64,000 nucleotides of DNA from the human T2T-CHM13v2.0 reference genome, Homo sapiens. Positions 25,861-46,271 of this stretch are shown piece after piece (position 1 is the first letter of the stretch; each line of letters opens with the position of its first letter). The notes under the pieces are model-generated. The model searched no databases, was not told the DNA's origin, and saw only the letters and a program-made list of their open reading frames with translations. The position numbers were made by a program, and so were the translations under genes. The stretch lies in assembly GCF_009914755.1 (NCBI RefSeq), contig NC_060926.1. The stretch is one strand, 5' to 3'.

Positions 25861-28800
25861 CCACTTGATTCTTTTAGAATGTATTTTCCATAGTGAAGAC
25901 CCAGTTTCTTCTAAATCTCAAGGAACTAGTTTATGCATGTGTTATACCAGGATAGCCTTTTTGTGTGCATAACTGTTTAGGCATTTCAGCCCACAGTGAT
26001 CCTGTCCTCCTTTGAACTCATAGTGTTCATTCTCTACTACACTCACCTCACTTCTCTTAAAATTTTCTATTAACTTGTATTCGTTTCCTGTGTTATTACT
26101 TAACTTTTCACATATTTATATGTTGTACTTCAACTAGATTATAAACTTCTAAAAGGCAAGGATTGCTTCCATGTCTTTAAATCTCCCATGGTAGCTGTAG
26201 CTAGCACAGGACTTAAAATCATTATCATAAGCATGATTTAGTGAGCAATTATTAAACTCTTTATTGATACTTTTGATGTGATGAATGCATGTCTTAACAT
26301 AATTTTAAGCACATAAAGGCAATGACCGATTTTTGAAGGATATAGGACAAATATGCAGTTTCTACATGTACAAATTGAACATAGCCATACCCCCTGCATT
26401 TTTCTAATAACTAGACTTTGTCACATATTACTTCCTCTATTTCTTAAAAGGTTTTAGTTTACTAATTTTTTCGTTCCTTCTTTAGTAATTGCATTTTTTT
26501 TTTTAGGTTTCCTTAATAAACCCTGTGAAAAGCAATGTGCTAAATAAATTATATGCAGGGCAAAGCAATACATTATAATTAGGCATTCCATTATTGAATT
26601 GATGCCTCTGGCTTCTCATGGTCTCTGTCTAATCCTGAAACAAATTCTTTTTGTGGACAAATATTAGCCTATAATAATTATTCATCTAAGCTAACGCTTT
26701 TCATTAAATCTCCTTCTGATTAAGATAGCTCCATAAGTACAGACTGATTTAATTTAACATGATTTATCCACTTGTGTATCAAGGTCTGGTGGAAATTGTT
26801 TTTAACACCAGAGGATTGTGAATATTAAGATCATCTTTATATTAACAGATCTCTCAGGTATTTAAGACCTTGTTGTTTGAATAGTTATATAAGCCTAGGT
26901 CTGATGTCACTCTGCTAAATTCAAGAGTATCACAAGTGCTGTAACAGGCTGTCATTAAAAACAATATGGATTCTGTTTTATATTATAATGTTGGAGCTTA
27001 GAGTTAGTACATTCTTGTGTTACTTGGGTTTGGGAATCAATTTTCATTCCAGCTGGTTGGTCCAACACATTTAATGTCTTTTCTGTTTTACCAGAAGTTC
27101 AGTGTTATTAAAAACAAGTAAATCATAGATATATATTCTGAATTAAGGGTCTCCACGGACATGAATATAACTTTTTAAAAAATTTCTTGGACTTAACTGT
27201 TATTATTTCCTCACCTGTTACCATCCTTGTGCTTTTCTTCAGTTTTTTTAATGCTGGCTATGTAATAGATACCAAACACTGAGTTTAATTTTGTTTTTTT
27301 TTCACTTCTTCCTTGATCATCTTTCCCCCAATATTCCTCCCTTAATTTGTTAAATTCTGGCTTCACCACTGCTCTTCTACTTTTAGCTTTTTTTTTTTTT
27401 TCCTATCAGTAGTCAACAGACTCATTAGCATTTTTCTTCTGGCCTTTTTGTCCATTTTTTTTCTTTTTGGTCCTTTTATAGTCTTTCCTGCTTCATTATA
27501 TATGCATGAGAAAGTTTGCATTGCTCTATGTGAACATGATAAAGCTACATGAATTAATTCTATGAAACCAAAGCATATATTCTAATTTGCTGCAACCAAA
27601 AATTCTTGAAAATAAACTATATAATGTCCTAATTATAATTTAGCTCCAGTTTTAGGAAATCCCAGAGAACAGAGAGTGTGTGTGTATACACTCACACTTT
27701 CAGTTGAGGGTGAAAGAGAGTGCCATGAAAGCAAAAGGAAAGGCATTCTAGCATGTGGAACTTTCTGAGGTCCCATTTCCAGCCGTATCCTCTTTATTTT
27801 CAGGTTTCTAAGAGTTGTTAACTGTTCTTTCTCTCTCCCCCTGACTCTGCTCTGCCCCATGTGTGCTGTTCTCAGAAGACAGTGGTGTGTATGGTAGGAC
27901 CCTGAGTCAGTAGGCTGAAGACTTACAGAAAGAAGGTACCTTGGAGTCAGGACTGGAAGCTGAGGGATAACAGGCCAAGTCAGGCTGAGATTCTTAACTG
28001 GTCTGGGCTCTGGGCATAGCAGCAAAGAAGAGCTTACTTCATCTGGGTCAGCTGAGGGAAGTGGTTCATGAACCGCTTAGCAGACCACTTGAACTAATAG
28101 GAGGAGGATGACGCAGAACTCAAGTGAAGTACTGTGGTCATTTGCAGAAGAGTTTCTCCTGGGAGGAGGTCAGAGTAGAAATGGGCGTATCATGCCCATA
28201 AGGCAGCAATTACTGTTTTCAGAGCCGTGTCTGCACTGATGGAAATGCCAGCTCTGTGAAATTTTTTTCAAGCTGGTGGGACTCCCATGTGTCCTGTGGA
28301 TAGAAAGAAAAAAAATAGCACAGTAGAAAATGAAGCTTTCTTTTCTGTGAGGAAAAGACTTTCTGTGAGGAGGTTGGTGGTTCTATTTAAAGACACAGTC
28401 TTGAGAGTTGATTAGGAAACAAGTACTTCTACAGTAATACCTTAATTAATGAAGAGGCTATATTCGGGAATGTTTAATGAAGTTTCTGTTGTTATCAGAG
28501 AGAAAATGAAGCAAGCACAGGGGATTGCATTCCAGAATGTCAGGAAAGAATTTCAGTTTAAAAACAACACTGTATGTTTAACATCGTCAAATATGCCATA
28601 ACTAAAGAGTATTTATATCACGGTTTGAAGGGAGAGGGAGAGAGGAGCATATCAAACTAACATAAGCTCCTTAAACCTATAAAAGGCACCTATCATCATT
28701 GAAGAGGTCTCTAGCTTCCTGTCCTTGTGGCGCCCTGTGCCTATTCAGATGTTGGTCATTTAGTGCTGTTGACCTACTGTTAACACCACATACATGTGAC

Positions 28801-29775
28801 CTTGACTTCCCAGTATATCCTCTGAAACATTATTATCTCAGCTTGCCTGACAACTCATGAAGAACCCCAGTGCTTTAACAATAATATAGTGATTGCACAG
28901 ATTGCAAGTAGCAGAACTACAGAGTATCTAAGGCTTGGCAAAGAATGTCTCATGTCCAGAACAGAAGCACAAATTCCTGTCTGCCTTCTCTGCTATGGTC
29001 TGAGGGATCATTAATCACAATTACTTTCCAGCGACAGTCTCTCATAATGCACCTTTCTACTGCAGGCTGTTAGGGAAGGCTCTATTCTTAGGCTCTCTGC
29101 CAAGAAGTACCCCAGAGACAGAAGCTCAGCTCAGTTTCCCCTTTTCTGCTTATTCAATTTATATATTTCCTGAGCTCACTGAAGCAGCACAGGAATACAC
29201 CAATGAATAAAATAAACAAAAATTTAGACAATAAGTACGTAAAATTTATAGTATGTCAGATGATGGGGCTTACAGAGAAAATAAATCAAGGAAGAGGGAA
29301 GACTGAAGTAGGGTAGTCAGGGCTCCCCTGAAAAGAGGAATTTGGGGGAAGAGGATCCCTAGTAGAAGGAACAATAACGTGCCTGAGATGAGAATGTGCC
29401 TAGTGTGTTCAAAGAAGAACAAGAGATGCAGTGTGGCTAGACCAGATCAAGTCACATGAGCAGTAGCAGAGAATGAGGGCAGAAAGGTAAATGTTTGCCA
29501 GATAGGCCACCATGGGAGTTTGGTGTTCTCTCTGAGATGGGCAGCCACTGGGGAGAAGGGGTGAAGGGGGAGGGGTTATAAGATTGTGACTGACATTATT
29601 AAAGGATTACTCTGGCTGTAATGTTAAGAAAAATCTGTAGGTCGGGCAGGTGGGCAAACAGAGAAACCAATTAGAAAGTTATTTGTAATAATGCAGGAAA
29701 GAGAAGTGGAGAGTGAGGTAAAATTAGTGAGGTTGCAAAAAATGGCTGGATTCTAGATACATTTTAAGGTGGAAG

Positions 29776-30743
29776 TGTAGGGGTGGGTTGCCCCTACACA
29801 CCTGTGGGTGTTTCTCGTAAGGTGGGACGAGAGATTTGGAAAAGAAAAAGACACAGAGACAAAGTATAGAGAAAGAAATAAGGGGAACCGGGGAACCAGC
29901 GTTCAGCATATGGAGGATCCCGCCAGCCTCTGAGTTCCCCTAGTATTTATTCATCATCTGTGGGTGTTTCTCGAAGAGGGGGATGTGTCAGGGTCACAAG
30001 ACAATTGTGGGGAGAGGGTCAGCAGACAAACATGTGAACAAAGGTCTTTGCATCATAGACAATGTAAAGGATTAAGTGCTGTGCTTTTAGATATGCATAC
30101 ACATAAACATCTCAATGCTTTACAAAGCAGTATTGCTGCCCACAGGTCCCACCTCCAGCCCTAAGGCGGTTTTTCCCTATCTCAGTAGATGGAGCATACA
30201 ATCGGGTTTTATACCGAGACATTCCATTGCCCAGGGACGGGCAGGAGACAGATGCCTTCCTCTTGTCTCAACTGCAAGAGGCATTCCTTCCTCTTTTACT
30301 AATCCTCCTCAGCACAGACCCTTTACGGGTGTCGGGCTGGGGGACGGTCAGGTCTTTCCCTTCCCACGAGGCCATATTTCAGACTATCACATGGGGAGAA
30401 ACCTTGGACAATACCTGGCTTTCCTAGGCAGAGGTCCCTGCGGCCTTCCGCAGTTTTTGTGTCCCTGGGTACTTGAGATTAGGGAGTGGTGATGACTCTT
30501 AAGGAGCATGCTGCCTTCAAGCATCTGTTTAACAAAGCACATCTTGCACCGCCCTTAATCCATTTAACTCTGAGTTGACACAGCACACGTTTCAGAGAGC
30601 ACGGGGTTGGGGGTAAGGTTATAGATTAACAGAATCTCAAGGCAGAAGAATTTTTCTTAGTACATAACAAAATGGAGTCTCCTATGTCTACTTCTTTCTA
30701 CACAGACACAGTAACAATCTGATCTCTCTTGCTTTTCCCCACA
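29776..30743 (-). mobile_element. HERV-K(HML-2) LTR5_Hs solo LTR, full length 968 bp
   Basis: Reverse complement begins tgtggggaaaagcaagagagatcag and ends acccacccctaca; perfect 6-bp TSD TGGAAG at 29770-29775 and 30744-30749. Confidence 0.96.
30046..30213 (-). promoter_or_regulatory. LTR5_Hs promoter/enhancer core: TATAAAA (30207-30213) and octamer-like ATGCAAAG (30046-30053)
   Basis: Motifs read directly on the minus strand; LTR poly(A) signal AATAAA at 29946-29951 (minus). Confidence 0.7.
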
Positions 30744-33329
30744 TGGAAGCAATAGGATTTTTTGATGGGTCGGGTGTGGAGTATAAGAAAATGAGAGGGA
30801 ACTAGTGTGACTGCAAGGTTCTTGGCCTCAACTGAAGGAAAGGCAGTTTTGCCTTTTAACTGCAACAAAGACTGTGGTAAGTACAGGTTTTGGGGGAAAG
30901 GCCAAAAAGCAGTTCCATTTAAGCCATGTTAAGTTTGAGCTACTTATTAGATATCCATAGGGAGTTATGAAATTAGTAAATATGTGAGTCTAGAAAGGAG
31001 AGAGGCAGGAGATACACATTTGGTAGGCATGACCACATATGATATTTAAAGCTGCAAGACTGAAAGAGATCACCTAAGGAATGAGTGTGGATGGAGAAGA
31101 GTAAGATCCCAGCCTAGTTAATAGTAGGCAGTACAATATTAGGGATCGGAGAACCAGGCCATCCACAAAGAAGACTTCAGAGTGGCCTGTGAAGTTGGGG
31201 AAAAGCCAAGAGAGTAAGGTGACCAGGAAGCCAAGAGGGAGGGAGGCATTGGATTTGGTACATAAAGGTCACCGAGGACAGTTCTGGTGGAATGATGAGG
31301 GCAGAAGCTTCATTGGCATGGGTTCGAGAGAGAAATGAAAGAGGATTGAAGACAGTGAGTATAGACAGCTCAGGAAGTTTAGCTGTGTAAGTGAACACAG
31401 AGATGAGTGGTCACTAGAAGGAGAGGTGAGCCAAGAGGGAATGATGGGAGAAGTTATAATATGTTGATGGTCAAGATAGAATGACTGATTAAAGGGGAAT
31501 TGCTGGGGCTCTGTTCCTGAGTAGGCAAGAGCAGGTGAGATAGAAGACATAGGTGGAGGGATTGGCCCTAAATACATGCGTGGACAGATCCTCCTTATGA
31601 AAAAAAGAAGGCAAAGTGTATGAACTCACACAGTAGTAGGAGAGTATATAGGGTGGTACGAGTTGTGCAAATTTCTTTTGATTGATTTTCTCAGTGAAAT
31701 AGGATGAGAATGAAGGATAGTGAGGAAGTTATTGGAAGTTTTTGAGAAAAGCAAAGTCATGAAGTCCTCAAATCCAAGCAACTGGGACACAGAATGGACT
31801 AAGGAAATATGTATGTTGAGCAGTACTAAGGAGCTGCTTTTGGCCAGTGATCAGGAATTTACCAAGGACTCCCACTAGCCTTCATTCCCTGCCGAAAAAC
31901 TTAAATACTTCCACCAAAACTTGTGCCTAATAGGCTCAAATAAGTTTCTGGGAGAAAAGAGACACCACATATCAAAAAGTCTTTCTCCATAAGACTTATG
32001 TAAATGTGTAAAGTGAAAGGAAATAAAGCCTTAGGAACTGGGCATTCAAATCTAGTTTGGCTTATGCACTTTGAGTCTGTGGTAAGGAATTTATCTGGGA
32101 AAGGTACATTATATACTGCAAAAAACACATCAAGAGTACTAAATCAGATTACTTGCCGGTTACGTCTTCAGACTGATTGAATGATCAAGACTTATGACAT
32201 CTATTCACATTGGAGTATAATCAGTGAATTGATCAGCTTGTGTAAGGGATTGAAATGAGACCCTTCCCTACCTTGGAAATGGGTAGAGGGCACTAGACAG
32301 AGGGAGAGTTGTGGTCTCCACTGAGTTAGTCTTCACAGTTTACCCAGGCCAGTTTCATCTATAAGAACTGTGCATGTGTAATTAGAAGCTACTCAAAGGT
32401 GATTTTGACACAAGCTGTCACACCATGTGCACAGCTGATAGGGAATGTTGCTGTTGAATTGCAATGGTAAGTGAACGGTTTTTTTGTTGTTGTATTTTGG
32501 TTGCTGGTGGAGGGAGTACTTAGCAGGAGAAAGTTGAAATGGATGTTTAAACCAGTTTCCAAATGTGTTGAGTTTCTGAATCATAGTATTGATTAAAAGC
32601 AAAAATACATCCTTCAAATCTGAATCAAACAGATTAGATGCCATACTGTCATTGTAATATTTGCTCTGAGTTTTACAGGAGGAATTGAAGGGTGCAAGAG
32701 TGTGTGTATGTGTTTGTTTTGTTTGATACACCTAAGCCCTGCTACTACTGTAGTAATCTAATAAATTAGAGCTATATGCTTCTAAAATATTGATTGCAAG
32801 ACACATTGTCACTTTTCTTCTAATATTTTTATTGTTTTCTCTGTGAATTCTAATTGAACTATTTGTAACTGCTTCAGAAATATGTTGATGTAACCTTTTT
32901 CCTTTCTAGATAGTAGCAAGAAAACATGGTAGTTATTATTTGTGACCCTGAAGGAAATTAACGTCCTAGAAATTTTTAAATGTCAGCTTGCACTTAAAGT
33001 GATCCCTTAATTAGGGAATTATATCTTGCATTAACCAGGAAAGGAAAAAGGATGCAAAATAACAATGAAAAGCTTGTCGGATATGTTAATGCTTATTTGA
33101 ATGAATAGGAAAAGATCCTGTTTCAAATAAAATGCTAATACCAAAAAAAAAAAATTGAAATCATACATGTGAATAAATTTGTTTCAAACTCTAAATAATG
33201 TTTTCTAACATTTTGGTTTGACAAGAATCCACGCAGCCTTTTAGAAAGCTCTGTTTAGACTATAGCACATATTACAGATTTGTGATATCACTTAAATTTT
33301 TTTAGGGGAAATATTTGAGACGCCTTAAA

Positions 33330-35240
33330 AAAACAGCTTTTAGAGGTAGAATTTACTTGCTGTAAAATGTACTCATTTTAAGTGTACAGTTAGATGTGTT
33401 TTATTAAATGTATAGAGCCACATATCTACCCACAGTCAAAATATGAAACATGTCCATCACCCCCAAAGGTTTTCTATGTACCTCTGCAGTCAGGCCCCTT
33501 CCCTGAACGTTGGTCCCTGGAACCCACTGATGTGCTTTCTGTCACCATAGTTTTGCCTTTTCTAGATTTTCATATAAATGGAATTATATAGTATGTGGTC
33601 ATCTGTGTCTGGTTTAAGTTAGAATAATGCTGTTAAGTTTCATCCATATTGCTGCATGAATCTGTAGTTTATTCCTTTTTATTGCTGATTGGTATTGCAT
33701 TGTGTGGAATATGCCACAATTTCTTTAACCATTCATGGACTGATAGACACCTGCGTTATTTACAATTTTAGGATACTATGTATAAAATTGCTACAGACAT
33801 TTTTGTATTAATACAAGAATTTGTATGGGCATATATTTTCTTGGGCACATACCTATGCTGTCATTCTCTGGTTTTCCAGAGTGTGTAGACTGTTTTACAT
33901 GTCCATTAGTATTATTTGAGGGTTCCAGTTGTTCACCATCCTGACCAAAACCTGATATTGTTAGCCTTTTTAACCTAGCCATTCTAGTAAATGTATATTA
34001 GAATCTTATTGTGGTTTTGGTTTATGTTTCCCTAATAGTAACTAAAGTGTTAATTTAAGCATCTTTTCCTGGGCTTATTTGTCTTTCATATACCTTCACT
34101 GGTGATATGTTAATTCCAATTTTTTATCCAATTTAAAACATTGGGTTGCTTTATTATGGGCTTGCAAGAATGTTTTATATATCTTAGATACAAGTTATTT
34201 ATAATATATTTGGTTTGCAAACATTATCTTCCAATCTGTGGCTTGCATTTTTATTTCCTTAATACTGTCTTATGAAGAGTAGATGTGTTTAATTTTGACA
34301 AAGTACAGTTTTTCAGTTTATGATTTGTGCTCTTCAATGTCCTATGTAAGAAACTGTTGCCTAGTCCAGGTCACAAAGATTTTCTGTGTTCATCTGTTTC
34401 TAGACTCTGTTCTGTTTCATTGATCTGTATGTCTAACTCTCCTCCAGTACAATATTGTCTCGATTACTGAACCTTTATAGTAAGTCCTGAAATGAGCAGC
34501 TAATGCCAAGCCTCCATCTTTTTCTTTTTCAAAATTGTTTTCTTATTCTAGTTCCTTTGCACATCTATATAAAACTTAGAATCAGTTTGTTAATTTATAC
34601 ACAGAAGCAGACTAGTTTTTATTAGGATTACTTTGAATCTGTAGAGCATTTTAGAGAAATGTAATCTTAATAATATTGAATTTTCCAGTCTATGAACATA
34701 GTATATCTCCCATTTATATGGGTCTTTCTCTCAGTCATGTTTTATAGTTTGCATTCTTGCACATATTTTATAAAATTTACAAGTGTTTCATAACTTTGAT
34801 ATTGTAAATGGTGTTTTTAAAATTTCAGTGTTCCAAAGAAGGAAACAGCAGACACTGCGGTCTACTTGACAAGGGAGGGTGGGAGGAGGGAGAAGAGATA
34901 ACTATTGGGTACTGGACTTAATAACTGGGTGATGAAATAATATGTACAACAAACCCTCATGACGTATGTTTACCTATGTAACAAACCTTCACATGTATAC
35001 CCAAAGCTAAAAGTTAAAAAAAATAAAATTTCAGTGTTCAGTTATTCATTACTAGTATCCAGAAATAGATTTAATAATGAACTTGTATCCTGTAACCTTG
35101 CTAAATCTACTTACCAGTTCTAGTAGTTTTGTAGACCCCTAAGGATTCTCTACATCATAGTTTGTGAATAAAGAGTTTTACTTTTCCTTTTTAATCTGTA
35201 TGCCCTTTTTTGTTTTTGCCTTATTGCAGTGATTAGAATC
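33330..35240 (-). mobile_element. Old L1M (MC/MD/ME-type) 3' fragment
   Basis: cattttaagtgtacagtt...ttttgccttttctagattttcatataaatggaat...ttgtatcctgtaaccttgctaaa. Confidence 0.75.
34834..35023 (+). mobile_element. Short L1PA15/16-like 3' end with perfect TSD
   Basis: ctgggtgatgaaataat...tttacctatgtaacaaacc; TSD TAAAATTTCAGTGTTC at 34818-34833 and 35024-35039. Confidence 0.88.
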
Positions 35241-36536
35241 TCTAGTGCCAGGTGTCTGGTAACAAGTGCTATCATGTAGATGGTAACAAGTCTGGTAACA
35301 AGTGCTATAGTAGAGCTATATGGCTTCTTAATGTTATTTTAGACATGAGGAATTTAGAAGACCAAGAATAGTACACCTAATGACTTGGGTAATTTTTCAA
35401 ACACATCTTCCTACGTAATCCCTGGTTGAGCATCTCTGCCCTAGTGAGCTGCTAGGAGTAGGAAAAAGGTTGAGAACCACTGGTTTTGATTATACATTAA
35501 CCTTGTATCTTTATATACTACTTATAGACACTAGAACTAGATAAAAATTTCGCTAGTAATTACAGCCCTAGCTGAGTGAATACTGGTGTTGAAAAGATGG
35601 TAATATGAAACTTACTTCCCCACATGGCTCTAACACCAAAACCATAGCATTCTCTTTTGGATTCAGGCTCCAGACCACCAGATCTGCTTTCCAGCTCACC
35701 CTGGCATTAGTCAGTAAACCTCTATAAGGTATCTGCATTCCTTGCCACCTTCACTTTCCATCTTATCCCACCAATAAAGGTTTTTACAAATATGAAACTT
35801 TACAAGATATTCTAGTGCTAATAAAAAAGATACTTTACTCATGCACCTATTTTTAAAAGAATTTCTGGTTGTTTTCCTTGTGAATAAAGGATTGGGATTA
35901 ACTGAAAAACTGGGCTGAATTAGAGGTCAGGAAGGCCACTATTCAACCCAGCCCAGGTAAATAACTTTGTCATTAATAAGCTGAGCATGCCAAATGCAGC
36001 AAGAATTCATTTTGAGTGGTAAACTTAGAAGCCACGAGGATCTTCAGGCAAAATTGCAGTATTGGCAGAGCTTATCTTTGCCTTCTTCCCTTTAAGTTTT
36101 TCCCCCCAATCCTTAGTCATTTCGTGTCCCAGAGTTATCCAGAATCATATCTAGCAAGATTTATCTCCCAGGTTCCAAAGTGGGAATAAACTATTTTCAA
36201 TGCCCTAAACAAATCTCCTGCTATATGAGCACAAGTTATGGTAGTTAACTGTTATTACTGAGTAATTCACTCTGTCCTGTAAGTTAAAATTGTTGTTGCC
36301 TTAAATAAATTTTAAAATAATTTTAATAGGCAACATTCGTTGATCACTTACTAAGGATAATCTCAATTAATCCTCCCCAAGGTTATGTATGTTTCTCAGG
36401 GCCATACATCAGCAAGGAGTGGAATTAAGCAAAAAAACCTAGGGTTTTATCTGATTCCAGAACCCAGCTCTTGAATACAACTTCCCATGGTCCTCTCTGC
36501 TTAGAACTATCCCCATAACCCAGTATTTATTTCCCC

Positions 36537-36711
36537 AGTGTGGCCTTTCCAGCCCCTGTATGTGATCATCATCTCTTGGAGTGCTTGCTAAAATACAGTT
36601 TGCCTCATCCCAGCCGTGTGAACTAAGGGAGAGTCTTTGGGAATGAAGCCCAGAACTCTTCATTTTCAATTCCCCAAGTATTCTTAGGCTACTAGAGTTT
36701 GAGAACTACTG
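36537..36711. mobile_element. MER5-like hAT MITE
   Basis: cagtg...tgcttgctaaaatacag...agtttgagaactactg. Confidence 0.6.
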
Positions 36712-37020
36712 TCATATAGCCTCTCTTCCTCAACTAAGGAACAGATCTCTGTAGTTTGTAGTAACTGCTGTAAAATGGCAGCTCCATAGGAACCTATTTT
36801 CCATAGGAACCTGCAGTTCACCTGTTCAGACAGATTTAGAAAATTAGAAGTCTCCATTTTGCATATAGCTATTTATAATAGTTGGGTGATCATGCTTCCT
36901 TCTTCTCAAAATATGCCACTTTATAATTCAAAACTGCAATAAAACTTTAGAAGAAATTTCCTTCCTCAAAAATCAAGACTACGAAAAAAGCAATCCTTGT
37001 CATTAGATATTTCTTAATAC

Positions 37021-37426
37021 TGTATTAGTTTTCTAGACTGCCATAAAATATTACCACAAACTTCGTGGCTTAAAACAATAAAAAATTCGTTTTCTTATAG
37101 TTCTGGAGACTAGAAATTCAAAATTAAGATGCTGACAGGTCCACAAACCCCTCCCATGGCTCTAGGGGAGAATCCTTCCTTGCCTTTTCCAGCTTCTAGC
37201 AACTCCTGGGATACTTTAGCTTGTCACTGCATAACTCCAACCTTTGCCTCTGTCTTCACCATATTTCTATATGTAAAGGCTTTTTTTGGATTTAGAAGAC
37301 ACCTGAATCCACGATGATCTCATCTCAATCCTTATCTTAAATCTGCTATGATCCTATTTCCAAGTAAGGTTACATTCTGAAGTTCCGGTGGCCAGGTATC
37401 TTGATAGGACACTATTCAACCCACTG
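37021..37426 (-). mobile_element. MLT1 (C-like) MaLR LTR
   Basis: tgtattagttttctag...gtggcttaaaacaa...gacactattcaacccact. Confidence 0.8.
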
Positions 37427-37566
37427 AAAGTCCTTATTTACCCCTCATGTATTGTTATTCTCCCTGCTTAAATTTTAGGATCAGTAACTACTCATCCAGA
37501 TGTTGACTCTCATGTTCTAATTGAATTTAAACAAAAAGTTACTACTACAATGAATGTTTTGATGTT

Positions 37567-37720
37567 GCTGTGGAGTGAACGTTTGTGTTCCCCCAAAATT
37601 CCTATATTGAGGCCTCAATCTCCCATGTGACGTATTTATTAGAAGGTGGGGCCTTTGGAGGAAATTAGCTTATAAAAATGGAGCCCCTCATGAAAGAGAT
37701 TAGTGCCCTTACAAGAAGGG
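37567..37720 (+). mobile_element. MLT1A-like LTR 5' part
   Basis: gtttgtgttcccccaaaattc...ggtggggcctttgg...gattagtgccctt. Confidence 0.7.
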
Positions 37721-37722
37721 AT

Positions 37723-41715
<3,993 letters not shown>

Positions 41716-43379
41716 GGGCCATGGAAAAGACAAAACTGCTATCTGTAACTTACCAGAGACCTTCTACTCTCTAATTGTCTTACTCCTGAAGACAGCAGCT
41801 TGCCCCCTACCTCACTGATAATATCCCATCTTCAGCCAAATTTACTTTTCCTCTCAATGGAGAAAAGAAAGAAATTGTAGTAAACTCTGTTATATGCAAA
41901 ATCACACAGAAAGATGGTAGGGAGATTAATAACATTAGACTTTATATTGGGGCATATTTTTACAGGGTTAATCTGTATTGTTATATATTTTGTAGATTTA
42001 CAAGAATGTAATTTAAACAGTCTGCTATAGTTTTGATGGGTACAAAACCAGGTCAGTCTGACTCTGTAGCTCCTGTTCTTAATATGCCATTTTTAGAAAG
42101 TAAAGTAGCATAGTGGAAAGGCTTTAGAGTCATACGATAAGTGACCACTAACTGATCTTCAACAAATGACTTCTCTGTGGCTCAGTTTCTGCAAGTATAA
42201 AAGAAAGATAATTTCTCAAGGGCTCTTACGATACTTAAAAGTGACTGTGTGCACTGATAAACTGTAAGGGCAAGCATTTCTTTTTCTGTTCACCCATGTA
42301 CCCCAGATGACTACAGCTGTGACTGGCACCGTGAGTGCTCTGTAGATAATTTGTGGCATGAATAATGCCTGGCACATCAGAGGCACTCAATAAATAGTAA
42401 TAGCCACGTGCTTCATTAATCACCTTCAATCCTAACATCAGAACATAGAAACTATAATAATATGCTGTCTCTGGTCTCATTTATTTCAAAGACCAGCAAA
42501 TTAGTAGATTATGCACATGCTCATGCCTCTTTTAGGCTTTTGTTGTTTCATTTGCAGGGGTTTTGGCAACTTGTAAACAAATTTGTTGGGCCCAACAGTA
42601 AGATAAAATATACTTTGTTACTGCTCTTGTTTTCACATTGAATTTTGAATGCCCTGTCTGAAAAATGATAATGAAAACAAGGTATATGAATGTAAAGGAT
42701 TATGAGTACATGAATTTACACATGTATATATGTTGTATACAAGTCTTTGTGATTTTCTCACGTGTGTAGATTCATGTTTTCGTAATCCTTTAAGCTCTTC
42801 TGTATTTATGATTTTAGTTTACTGTATGTAATCTTAAATACTTATGCTTTTTCCCCTCAGTCAGATCCATAGGGTTTAAGTATCTTACTCATCTTGTCAA
42901 ATAACTAACTTCTGCATTTATTTTTTAGTTTTATTATATTAAGTACTGCTTTTTATCTTTAGTAATTTTCTCTTTCTCTTTCCATTTGTATTCTTTTTTT
43001 TCTCCCTCTAATTTTCAATATGAGTAGTTTCTCTTTTTCAGTTTTCCTCTTTAGTAATGAAGCATGTAAGGTCATAAATTTTTCTTTCTATTGCAGTCTT
43101 CATTGTATCCTATAGATTCTCTTTTTCATTGCTTTTTAGATAATTCGTAATTTTCCTTTTGATTTTATCTTTTATCCATGGGTTATCTAAACTTTTTTTA
43201 AAAAGAGGAATATTTTATTATTTATTTTTATGGAATCTTGATGTGAGAATGTGCATCATAAAGTCTCAGTTTTTACAAAATGTGTTTAAATTGTCTTGCC
43301 ACTAGGTAAGTAATCAGATTTTTTATAAATGCTCATGGTTACTGATACCTTTAAAATATTTTTGAGTATCAGATGGGTC

Positions 43380-43843
43380 TGTGAGAAACACACTCACCCA
43401 TCCAAACCCAAAGAATGGACTTAGAGGCACAAAGAACAGCAAAAGTGAGACTTATTTTAATAGCGATCTTGCAAGATGGGGTGTCTGGTGGGCAGGCACA
43501 CCCAGGCCAGCTACAACAGATAATTTATCTCCTAGCACACAAGTCCCTCCCCCAGTTCCCCATTGGTCGAGTACTCTGGGGTTACAATCTTCTCTGATGT
43601 CACCTAAGTCTCATTATCCGCCTTATAAGGTTATACCCTGGTCCCCTTCCCCACTTAAGTTTCGATTTCCCAATAACGAAACTTTCTTCGCTTTTAGAGG
43701 CTGACCCCTCCTCTACATTCTGTTTCCTTATTTTGTGACCTTCTAGGTGCATGAGCCATGCAGTTTGTTATGTTCGCAGGCTAGCTGCCCGTACTTAGAC
43801 TTACTATGCCTTAAAAATGGACCATTTAAAATGTTTTCTCACA
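43380..43843 (-). mobile_element. ERV1-class solo LTR (LTR15-like), 464 bp
   Basis: TGTGAGAAA...TTTCTCACA inverted termini; 4-bp TSD GGTC at 43376-43379 and 43844-43847. Family name and strand are from memory. Confidence 0.75.
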
Positions 43844-44069
43844 GGTCTGTATAAATCTATTAAGTCACATTTATCAATAGCTATTCAGTTCCTTTATTTA
43901 ACTAGTTTTTATCACTGGAGTTGTTCAGTTATGGTAGAAATAGTGAAGCCTACACTATAATTTTATTATTTTTCAATTTCTCTTTGGATTTCTTTCTTTT
44001 TTCCTTTTAACTACAAAGACTGGTTCATACAGGTCTTTGACTAATATTTTCTTTTAAAAAAACATTCTA

Positions 44070-46240
<2,171 letters not shown>

Positions 46241-46271
46241 ATCTTTTTTTTTTAAGGTACATGTTATGTAC

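Larger units (their letters stand above)
29150..31870 (-). mobile_element. L2 remnant interrupted by LTR5_Hs
   Basis: Purine-rich L2-like text (tactctggctg, ggattctagatacattttaaggtggaag, gttaagtttgag) on both sides of the LTR. Confidence 0.6.
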
